Assembly (NCBI GenBank): GCA_023245335.1
Contig: JAHFKK010000001.1
Location: forward strand, 235,282 to 299,281
Length of the DNA stretch: 64,000 nt
From: Candidatus Gottesmanbacteria bacterium
Lineage (GTDB): Bacteria > Patescibacteriota > Microgenomatia > UBA10105 > UBA927
Direction: 5' to 3'
Shown: piece by piece, positions 38,327 to 46,368 of the stretch
Layout of the letters: every line of letters starts with the position of its first letter
How positions within the stretch are numbered: position 1 is the first letter of the stretch
Made by a program: the position numbers and the translations under genes
The notes under the pieces: model-generated
Told to the model about the DNA's origin: nothing
Seen by the model: the letters and a program-made list of their open reading frames with translations, nothing else
The model's database searches: none

Positions 38327-39085
38327 TTAGAGCGGACAAAGAATTGTTTTTACAAATGGGTTCACGACATTATCGTAGAGCATGAGTTTTTTGATTACCG
38401 GTAGGGTAAGCCAAAGAAAATTGTCATAGTGAGGCAACGCGCAGTCTTTGGACAGAAGACGAAGTTGATTTACATTTCTTTTTCGCCAGAATCGGGATCC
38501 TTCTTCATTATGCTCGGCTGCATAGATAAGGCGTGATTTTGTATCAGCTATATAATCACTCAGAAGCGGCTTTCTTCCCCCATGATGCAGACGCAGATTG
38601 CTAGTCGTGGCCTGGATAGTCGGCCCGAATTGAATTGCATGAATATTTCCGGCTTCAAATCTGCCTTGGAGCAAAAACTGTACGGTTCCTTCCCTCTCCT
38701 GGCAAAGCATGATAAGGAACCCGGCGTGTTGCTGTACTAAAATCGGCTGATTCCATGAGGACACCTCTGTCTCTGCAGAATTTTTTACAATCACTCCCTG
38801 CACAGAAAAGAAATGATCCAGGCCTTTATTGTGGCGGACGATACCCTCCTTCGATCTGTATCTCCAATCGGAAAGTTCAGAAATGGGCACAATTTTCATA
38901 GATGACTTGACGGCGTTTCGTTTTTCCTTTAGCCAGTGAAGAGCGAATGTGACACTCACGTCGTTATCATTTTTCGTGGCCCGTATCTTTGTTTTCAGTA
39001 TATTCAACTGCTTGGTATACCGTCGGATATCTTGCTGCGTCTTTATCATCCGATCGAGTGTATCATGTTTACCTACGGTATTCAT
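38327..39085 (-). CDS. NDP-hexose 2,3-dehydratase family protein (single domain)
   Basis: FFSVQG...WNQP, E.GN...Q.GPTIQAT.SN and EEGSRFW motifs. Confidence 0.88.
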   Translation of the reverse strand: MNTVGKHDTLDRMIKTQQDIRRYTKQLNILKTKIRATKNDNDVSVTFALHWLKEKRNAVKSSMKIVPISELSDWRYRSKEGIVRHNKGLDHFFSVQGVIVKNSAETEVSSWNQPILVQQHAGFLIMLCQEREGTVQFLLQGRFEAGNIHAIQFGPTIQATTSNLRLHHGGRKPLLSDYIADTKSRLIYAAEHNEEGSRFWRKRNVNQLRLLSKDCALPHYDNFLWLTLPVIKKLMLYDNVVNPFVKTILCPL

Positions 39086-39135
39086 GTTGGCCCACTATAG
39101 CGGCCCTGAAACAAACCGATTACGGGACGATGAGA

Positions 39136-39753
39136 TCAAAACCCGAGAGATTCCTGAATGAGTATGAAATGAATACGGCGTTTGAGGAAGGGTGATTCGC
39201 CTTTGGAAATGAGAATCTTGTTAAGATGTGTTCCGGTTCCATGGAGTTTTTTCATGTGTGCATCCTCTAAGGGGACGACATATTCCTCAAGGCGTTTTAT
39301 GCCCTCCGTGAGTGTGGGTACAATTTTATGTGTCCCGACGACAAAAATGAGGTTTGGGGAGGTGAATGCGATATGGGGGAGTTGGCTGCCGGTATTGGAG
39401 GCAACAATGAACTCTCCGTTTTCTACGAGTGCGTGCACGCTTCCTAGATAAAAGTCCGAGAGCGCCGCTTGTTTACGCAGTATCGCCCGTTTAGCAGGGT
39501 CAGTTTCTGCGTTGACGGGTTTATGCAGGTTGTTCCATCCATGTGTTCCAAGTTTGAGATAGTCGACAAAGCCAATTTGTTCGAGCGTCACAGAAGCGCC
39601 GTTCATGACCGATGCGCCCGGAGGAATGATGTGTTTAATTTGTTCGAGCGCTTCTGCTTTTGTCCTGACAACATACGTTTCTATACCCTTTGCCCTCAGC
39701 GCAGCCGTTGTGATGTCTATGCTTTTTTGATTCGCTAATGTGTTGTATTTCAT
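39136..39753 (-). CDS. LUD (lactate utilisation) domain protein
   Basis: GASVTLEQIG, SVHAL.ENG, TGSQ, VVGT.KIV, ESLGF. Confidence 0.85.
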   Translation of the reverse strand: MKYNTLANQKSIDITTAALRAKGIETYVVRTKAEALEQIKHIIPPGASVMNGASVTLEQIGFVDYLKLGTHGWNNLHKPVNAETDPAKRAILRKQAALSDFYLGSVHALVENGEFIVASNTGSQLPHIAFTSPNLIFVVGTHKIVPTLTEGIKRLEEYVVPLEDAHMKKLHGTGTHLNKILISKGESPFLKRRIHFILIQESLGF

Positions 39754-39799
39754 ACGCGTGTCGCTTCGGTAGTGATAGTCAGTTGGGGAAAGAATAATT

Positions 39800-39841
39800 A
39801 CTATAAAATATATAGTACTATAGATTATATAGTGATGTCAA
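39800..39841 (-). promoter_or_regulatory. sigma70 promoter of the LUD gene overlapped by two tandem palindromic operators
   Basis: TTGACA-N18-TACTAT on the minus strand; ACTATA-N5-TATAGT twice (39800-39816, 39817-39833). Confidence 0.7.
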
Positions 39842-39929
39842 CCACACGAGTGTTAAACGTCGTTCAGGAGAGTTTGGACCTTGAAAACAATCCTATCGTT
39901 GACGGGCGGGAATGCGAGTCTATAACGAA

Positions 39930-40313
39930 TTATCGATGAGGCTGCATGATGCTTACGCGGTTACCCTCGGTATCACGAAATGATACGTACCAACCAACCC
40001 CGGGTATATCCATCGGTTTTCCGAGGACATTACCCCCTGCCGCAGTAATTCTTTTCATATGTGTCTTGATATCATCAACCTGGATAACGACGGAGGGGTA
40101 CTGGTCTTTTGATTTGGGAAAGAATCCGCCATTTATCGCACCCGGTTTCTTGGGGCCTTTTTTATCGGATTCCGTCGTCGTTGCGACGACGTAGTTATTC
40201 ATGTCCGGACCCATGACGTCGTTGTGCCAGCCGAATACGTCGGTATAGAACTTAGCAACACGCTTGGGATTCTTCGTCGGCATCTCAAAGTGGATGACTG
40301 GGTTCATATTCAT
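39930..40313 (-). CDS. VOC/glyoxalase family protein
   Basis: HFE...FY..VFGW, PGAINGG, F.DTEGN; AGAGGAGG RBS before ATG 40313. Confidence 0.92.
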   Translation of the reverse strand: MNMNPVIHFEMPTKNPKRVAKFYTDVFGWHNDVMGPDMNNYVVATTTESDKKGPKKPGAINGGFFPKSKDQYPSVVIQVDDIKTHMKRITAAGGNVLGKPMDIPGVGWYVSFRDTEGNRVSIMQPHR

Positions 40314-40439
40314 ACCTATTCCTCCTCTATATTGAATTATTATATATAATATGTATGATAGATTACAGACACAAATGACTTTATAGTGATAAAGAATACT
40401 AAGATGCAAAAAGTATTTATTACTGCGATGAACTAGTTT

Positions 40440-40474
40440 AAAAGGCCGAGAGGCCTTTTTTTCTTGGTTTTTTT
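40440..40474 (+). terminator. terminator-like hairpin in the leader of the nucleobase permease
   Basis: aaaaggcc-gaga-ggcctttt followed by T runs, just upstream of the RBS and ATG 40496. Confidence 0.65.
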
Positions 40475-40495
40475 GCGGAAGAAAGGGGTAGTGAT

Positions 40496-41881
40496 ATGGC
40501 AAAAACATACTTTGAGGAGTTGTGGGGGCAGAATACTGAGGCGACGACACGCGTGATGCCGGAGGAGACTATGGGATTTGGCCGCTCGCTTTGGCAAGCG
40601 GTACAGCATTTACTTACCGCCTCGGGCGCGAACATTGTGGGACCGGTTCTTATGCACCTCGACCCTTCAATGGCATTATTCACTTCGGGCGTAGGAACGA
40701 TCGTCTATAACTCTATTACCGGGGTCCCTGCGTACATGGGAACAAGCTTTAGCTATATCGCAACGATAAGCTATGTCATGACTGCTCCGTGGGGGAGCCA
40801 GGCATTGGTCGGGGGAGGCATCATCGCGGCAGGACTTGCGACGATACTTGTCGGATTACTCGTCAAGTTCATAGGCTGGAAGTGGATTAATGTCTTTATG
40901 CCGCCGGTTATTCTCGCGATGGTAGTGATCGCGATTGGCATGCTGCTTGCGCCTGTGGCATACGGCGAATCGATGTCCAATCCGCTTCTTGCGCTTATAA
41001 CATTTGGATTAGGGGTGCTGTTTGCAACTAAGTTCAAAGAGGGCACCTTTATAAGCGCATTGCCTGTGCTGCTTTCTATTATAAGCGGTTATGTGGTGGC
41101 ACTTCTTTTGGGGCAAGTAAACCTGGCACCGATAGGGAAGGCGCCGTTTTTTGAGCTCCCGAGATTTTTCGTTCCGGTCTTTGACATGAGGGTCGTGGTC
41201 CCAATGGTGCTTGTGACCGTAACGGCAGTACTCATGGAACATTTGGGACATCTCAAGGGAACGGGAAGTATCGTCGGGAAGGACTATATCCCGAGGGCAT
41301 CAAAAAGCCTTATAGCCGATGGCATCTCAAACGCCCTATCCTGGGCCGGTACGCCCAGTGTCACGTACGGCGAAAACATGGGAGTATTTGCCATCACAAA
41401 AGTATTCAGCCTCAAAGTGATGTACTTGGCTGGATTCCTGGCAATCCTTGCGGGATTTCTGGGTAAGCTGTCGCCCATGATCCTATCGATTCCTGCGGGA
41501 GTATTGGGAGGAGCGACATTCCTACTTTTTGGCATGATCGCATGGGCAGGATTTAACCTTTTGCAGTCAGAGCATGTCGATATGAAGAAAAAAAGCAATC
41601 AGATTTTGGTCGCTTCCATGAGCACCATGATGATCGCGGGAATACTCGTCGAGTATTTGCGGCCGATCGTCGGAGGAATTACTGCGGATCAGATAGTCGC
41701 TTTGCCGAAGAGTATCGGAGCCGCAATAGCGACGCTGCAGTTTATGGTGAATACGCTAAAGTTCGGTACCTTTGAGATGCCGGGATTGGTCGCGATTGCG
41801 CTCTTGGGGATAGTACTCAATATCATCCTCAATAGTCGTGATATAACACTCGCACTAAAGAAGACATCGAAGAGAAGATAA
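40496..41881 (+). CDS. NCS2 nucleobase:cation symporter (UraA/PyrP-like uracil permease)
   Basis: QH in TM1, EHLGH, TYGENMGV.AITKV signature. Confidence 0.92.
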   Translation: MAKTYFEELWGQNTEATTRVMPEETMGFGRSLWQAVQHLLTASGANIVGPVLMHLDPSMALFTSGVGTIVYNSITGVPAYMGTSFSYIATISYVMTAPWGSQALVGGGIIAAGLATILVGLLVKFIGWKWINVFMPPVILAMVVIAIGMLLAPVAYGESMSNPLLALITFGLGVLFATKFKEGTFISALPVLLSIISGYVVALLLGQVNLAPIGKAPFFELPRFFVPVFDMRVVVPMVLVTVTAVLMEHLGHLKGTGSIVGKDYIPRASKSLIADGISNALSWAGTPSVTYGENMGVFAITKVFSLKVMYLAGFLAILAGFLGKLSPMILSIPAGVLGGATFLLFGMIAWAGFNLLQSEHVDMKKKSNQILVASMSTMMIAGILVEYLRPIVGGITADQIVALPKSIGAAIATLQFMVNTLKFGTFEMPGLVAIALLGIVLNIILNSRDITLALKKTSKRR

Positions 41882-41886
41882 TTAGG

Positions 41887-42384
41887 TTATAGTTTGATGG
41901 AGCGAAGGCGACCGAGTTTGGCAAGATACCCGTTATACAGCTCGTGAATAGGCTCCGCTGTTTCTAAACCAAGTTCCTTGGTTACTTCATTGACGTGGTT
42001 GTCCGGGAAGGCCAGAATTACTGAATAGAGAAAATCGTCTATAGTATAAAGTCCGACGGTGCCGTCTTTATATCCGTATTCGGTGTACGCCATTTTTACG
42101 ACGTCAGCTCCAGTATACCCGCGCTCTTTAAGCCAAAGAAAGCCGGCGCTTGTGTCAGAAATCGGCAACGGATCGGTGAGTACGATTTTCCCTTGTGGCC
42201 GTTTGACGATGTGAATTTCTGTGTGATCCGCATACGCCACAATCTTTTCCACGTCGGCCTTTGCGGGTTTCCCGTAGTAATGAGTGGTAATGACTTCGTT
42301 ACTTCTTTTCGCGCCGAGCGCATCAAGCTTTTTGGTGATATCGGCAAATGATGTGACTCGGTATTTCTTTTCCTGGTGAGTCAT
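41887..42384 (-). CDS. divergent CYTH-like domain protein
   Basis: N-terminal E.K.R pattern, L...GA, C-terminal LG.......Y. Confidence 0.55.
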   Translation of the reverse strand: MTHQEKKYRVTSFADITKKLDALGAKRSNEVITTHYYGKPAKADVEKIVAYADHTEIHIVKRPQGKIVLTDPLPISDTSAGFLWLKERGYTGADVVKMAYTEYGYKDGTVGLYTIDDFLYSVILAFPDNHVNEVTKELGLETAEPIHELYNGYLAKLGRLRSIKL

Positions 42385-42434
42385 GAGTTCATTATAGCAA
42401 TCTAGGATTCGTACCGTTTGTTATACTTATCTGT

Positions 42435-42956
42435 ATGAACTTACCGCGGGTAGAGAAACATTTGGAGAAGGAATTCCATGTTTCCTGGTACATTATTATA
42501 TATAAACTGATACTGGGGCTTATAGAATTTATATCCGGACTAGCCCTAGGACTTCTTGGGAAGCAATTATTGCGGATGTACACATTTCAGGTGACGAAGG
42601 AATTATCCGAAGAGCCGCATGACCTGCTCGCTCGATTCAGCGAGCGTATCGTTCCGAATATATTTACTCATGATACGTTCCTAATTCTGTATCTTCTTCT
42701 TTTGGGAGCGGCCAAGATAGCAGGAGCAATTGGCCTAATGTATAAACAAAACTGGGGAGTGGATCTGCTCGTGGGACTCACGGTAGTATTATTTCCGTTT
42801 CAGGTAGTAGAGTTGCTGTTGCATCCGTCATTTTTCAATTTGCTGTATATTTTTCTCGGACTTCTCATCGCGTTGTACTTGGTGGAGTTTCATCCGAAAG
42901 CGTGGATTTCCCGAGTGGTACTTAAGATAGATAGCGGATTGAAAAACAATTACTGA
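42435..42956 (+). CDS. DUF2127-like membrane protein
   Basis: K...G..E..SG, EL.E.P.D and YLL..G..K motifs. Confidence 0.75.
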   Translation: MNLPRVEKHLEKEFHVSWYIIIYKLILGLIEFISGLALGLLGKQLLRMYTFQVTKELSEEPHDLLARFSERIVPNIFTHDTFLILYLLLLGAAKIAGAIGLMYKQNWGVDLLVGLTVVLFPFQVVELLLHPSFFNLLYIFLGLLIALYLVEFHPKAWISRVVLKIDSGLKNNY

Positions 42957-43885
42957 ACGGTGAAAGTATACTCGTCCGACCAGATGTTTTTATTGTTGAT
43001 AAATGCGAGTGCGCGAAAATAATAGACACCCGGATTATCCATAAGGGTGTTGCCGATAAAGCGCAATGGAATAGCATAATTGCCGTTACTAAATGTGTTA
43101 ACGAGTACCGCGTATGGGGTCATCCCCAGGTTTACCGAGGCATCGAGAGTACCGGGTTTCGACACTTTTCCTCCGACAATCACGGTATACCCGGTGGTTT
43201 CGGAAGGTCCGTCTATGTCCCAGGTGAATGATGCGTTACCTCCAATTGATGTCGTTGCTGTGGGATAATTAATGATCTTTATTTCATTTTTGGGAGCGGG
43301 GACGACCGTAAGCGTCCGCTCTCCTGACCAGTAGTATTTTCCATCGATGACGGCATACGCCCGGAAATAGTATGTGCCTGCGGTCCCCAGCCGGGTCCCG
43401 GCCAGAAACCGCAGCGGAATGATGTAGTCGCCCAGCACGAAATCCTTAATCCAGTCGGTATAGCGGGTATCTTGAGGTTTTGTATTCAAACCAGATATAT
43501 CCGGGGTGCTCGTGGTGCCGTAATAGATAGACGTTGTCTGGATATGCTGTGTCGGCCCGTTGACTATCCAGGAAAAGTTAGCGTTGTCTCCTTCTGTACG
43601 TTGGTTTGGCGTATCAACCAGTTCTACGGAAGACTGCATGGTAGTCGGAATGGGGGGCTGCGTTATGATACTGGTTTGGGTAATTGGTGGCCCGACTGTG
43701 GGGTTAGCCGCAATATCAAAATGCGTTTGAGTGATAGGAGAAGGTGAGGGTAAGGCTTTTACTGCGTTTCCCAACACAGACGGCGTGGTCAGGGGGACAA
43801 GCGGTAGATTGCGGATAACGATGACTCCGCTCATCGCAACTACGATAAGTCCTGCAAAGTATAGATAGGAAAGTTTTTTAAACAC
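42950..43885 (-). CDS. anchored surface protein with a Pro/Thr linker and two tandem Ig/FN3-like domains
   Basis: Repeat units F.W...GP...IPLRF...G.YYFRA.A...WS.E. Confidence 0.78.
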   Translation of the reverse strand: MFKKLSYLYFAGLIVVAMSGVIVIRNLPLVPLTTPSVLGNAVKALPSPSPITQTHFDIAANPTVGPPITQTSIITQPPIPTTMQSSVELVDTPNQRTEGDNANFSWIVNGPTQHIQTTSIYYGTTSTPDISGLNTKPQDTRYTDWIKDFVLGDYIIPLRFLAGTRLGTAGTYYFRAYAVIDGKYYWSGERTLTVVPAPKNEIKIINYPTATTSIGGNASFTWDIDGPSETTGYTVIVGGKVSKPGTLDASVNLGMTPYAVLVNTFSNGNYAIPLRFIGNTLMDNPGVYYFRALAFINNKNIWSDEYTFTVQ

Positions 43886-44023
43886 GCTACGTCATTATAG
43901 ACTAATGATTCTGCAGGGAGTGAAATTTCTTTTAGGTCTCCAATCCATTCATAGCGGCTCATGAGGAACCACCCGGGTCAAATTCGTATTAATCGAATTT
44001 TGAGGATATGATATATTGGACGA

Positions 44024-45439
44024 ATAAGAACTCTTTGGAAAGTATTTGTTGCCATATTCATAACCGGTGTCGCATCGCTTCTTTTGGAGCTTTCACTTCT
44101 GAGGGAGTTTGTATATGTCATCGGCTCTTCTGCTTTTTCCAGTTCTTTGATTATTTCCGTATTTTTGGGCGGTTTGGCGGTGGGGACATATTTCGGAATC
44201 TGGAAGCGTTATACATCAAAGGATGAGACTGCCGCGCGTATCAAATTCGCGGTACTCCAGCTTATCCTTATCGTATTTATCTCTCTTTTTTACGTCACGA
44301 AGGATTACTTTGTGTATATATGTCCCAATCAAGCGCTCGTTGTCGCGTATTTCATCATCGCGACGTTTCTGCCATCTTTTCTTTCGGGCGCATCGTATTC
44401 GACTATGGTGGAGATCCTGTATCACAAAGGGGAACGTCATGTCGTCTACATTTACGCAGTCAGCACGCTGGGCAGCGTCGTCGGAGGACTCGTTTACGGG
44501 TATGTTTTTGTCTATCTCGTAGGGATACAGGCGTCGTATGCATGCGCTGCTCTTTGTTCTACCTTAGCCATCGCACTCGTCTATCCGTTTGCAAAAAAAG
44601 CGCACACGGTCGGCTTTTTTTTCGTCGCGCTGTTCGTACCGTTTGCCATACAAGGTAATTATGTGAATAATGCGCTCTACCGTTTTCATGATCTTCTTTT
44701 TAAAAAATACAGCCCGTTCGGTCTTGTCGAGGTATGGCGCATGAACGACGGCCGTTCTGTGGAACTCAATGTCAATAATGTTCACCAGTATTATAGTTAC
44801 GACTGGGACAATCGGGTCCACGCGCAGTGGTCGGAGACAACGCTTGGAATTGTCGATCGCCCATCTGATGCCCTACTCTTGGGATACGGAAGCGGCATTT
44901 CTTCTGCGGCTTTCCTGAAATCTGATAAGACGACGAGTGTGGATTCGATAGAGAACTGCGAGCCGGTTTTGGAGGCAGGCAAGCGGTTCTTCCCTGACGA
45001 ATACCGGCTCGTCACGACGGATCCGCGGTCGAGGATTATTTTACAGGACTTCCGAAACTATATACGGTTCACCGATAAAAAGTATGATATCGTTTTGCTC
45101 GACCATAGCATCCTGGATCCTTACTACGGAGGATTTTTTACGGTTGATTTTTTTGACCAGCTGAAAAGAATCCTGAAGCCGCACGGGGTGATTGCGATAT
45201 TGGGTATAGGGTTATCGTGGGACACGACGCAGTCGTCTTTTACATATGTCTACAAATATTCCGCTCCCGGAGAACCGCTGATTAGCAAAAACGGATATTT
45301 TTTGTCGGTGGAGCCGTTTGACCCGAAAGTTGCCTGGCGGTATACCCGTGTGGAAGAAGAGACCGGAAAGAGCCCTGTGTATTCGGATCACCGCATTTTC
45401 GGAAATTCCTTTCAGACCGCTATGCGGGTGGTGCGATAA
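44024..45439 (+). CDS. membrane-fused spermidine synthase-like SAM-binding protein; start codon anomalous
   Basis: Multi-TM N-terminus, then LLLGYGSG and DFRNYI..T.KKYD; the frame extends upstream of TTG 44084 to ATA 44024 and restores the first TM helix. Confidence 0.8.
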   Translation: MRTLWKVFVAIFITGVASLLLELSLLREFVYVIGSSAFSSSLIISVFLGGLAVGTYFGIWKRYTSKDETAARIKFAVLQLILIVFISLFYVTKDYFVYICPNQALVVAYFIIATFLPSFLSGASYSTMVEILYHKGERHVVYIYAVSTLGSVVGGLVYGYVFVYLVGIQASYACAALCSTLAIALVYPFAKKAHTVGFFFVALFVPFAIQGNYVNNALYRFHDLLFKKYSPFGLVEVWRMNDGRSVELNVNNVHQYYSYDWDNRVHAQWSETTLGIVDRPSDALLLGYGSGISSAAFLKSDKTTSVDSIENCEPVLEAGKRFFPDEYRLVTTDPRSRIILQDFRNYIRFTDKKYDIVLLDHSILDPYYGGFFTVDFFDQLKRILKPHGVIAILGIGLSWDTTQSSFTYVYKYSAPGEPLISKNGYFLSVEPFDPKVAWRYTRVEEETGKSPVYSDHRIFGNSFQTAMRVVR

Positions 45440-45615
45440 TTTTTTTGCGGGAGATGATGAGATATTCATCATCCGAGGCGGCCCGGATGTATCAGCGAAT
45501 TGCCAGCAGCGTTTTATTTAGCATTTTCTATTTGTAATATCATACCAAATAATAAGGAGACAACTGTAGTCGCTTTCTGATGGCATTCTCCCGTATTTGT
45601 TGATAAACTCTACGT

Positions 45616-46368
45616 GTGAGGAAAGAGAAACCCACACGTATCAAAGTTGCCGTCCTTATTACCGGATTGTTGCTTTTTGTAAACGGTTTTCGTTTGATAT
45701 ACATTTCTTCTCCGGTGCCGGAAATCCGTCAGGCCCTCAAAAACGGCGGTATAAACGTTTCATCGGATCGCGTTCATATAGAATCGGTCATTCCTGGTTC
45801 GCCGGCAGCGGATGCCGACATGCAGAAAAGGGATGTGATAGTTTCGGTGAATAACGAAAGCGTTCATGACATCGGAAGCGTCACAAATCTCATGGCAAGC
45901 AATAAGGGAAATCTCATTGCGATAACTATCGATAGAAACGGAACCATACTGACCAAAAACGTTACGCCGAGGAGCGAGTACCCACGTACCCAGGGTCCGC
46001 TTGGCGTGACCATATCGGATAGAGAAATACAAAAGGTTTCTTTTTTCCGAATGGTTACACAGTTAACGTGGGAAGCATATTCAGGGAAATTTGAGATTTT
46101 CCCTGGGACAACATATTTGAGAGTACTACTGCTCGCGTTTGGGACATTCTCGCTTTCTGTCGCTATGGGTTTACGTATCCATAAGAAGTGGGCGGTGTAT
46201 CTCTTTACGCTCATCGCCGTATCTGCGCTTTACAATTTTTTGAAACTCCTGACTGGTGTGTTTTACGGTGACGCTATCGACATACCCTTCGTCGCGAAGG
46301 AAATGATATGGTTGACGTTTACATGTTTGGGCGTCTATCTTTTTCTCGCAAGAAAATATTTTAGCTAG
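45616..46368 (+). CDS. PDZ-domain membrane protein (RseP-like PDZ, no HExxH)
   Basis: IESVIPGSPAADA.....D.IVSVN...VTPR...GPLGV; flanking TMs. Confidence 0.8.
   Translation: MRKEKPTRIKVAVLITGLLLFVNGFRLIYISSPVPEIRQALKNGGINVSSDRVHIESVIPGSPAADADMQKRDVIVSVNNESVHDIGSVTNLMASNKGNLIAITIDRNGTILTKNVTPRSEYPRTQGPLGVTISDREIQKVSFFRMVTQLTWEAYSGKFEIFPGTTYLRVLLLAFGTFSLSVAMGLRIHKKWAVYLFTLIAVSALYNFLKLLTGVFYGDAIDIPFVAKEMIWLTFTCLGVYLFLARKYFS

Noticed and set aside
40441-40456. PyrR-binding loop
   Set aside because: AGGCCGAGAGGCC only loosely resembles ARUCCNGNGAGGYU and folds as a simple terminator
43961-44011. TGA recoded as Gly (code 25) or selenocysteine
   Set aside because: Many well-supported genes here end at TGA, conserved genes have no internal TGA, and no SECIS-like hairpin was recognised
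45570-45600. Fluoride riboswitch-like GATGGCATTCTCC
   Set aside because: The 5' pairing strand and downstream conserved elements are missing, and no fluoride exporter follows
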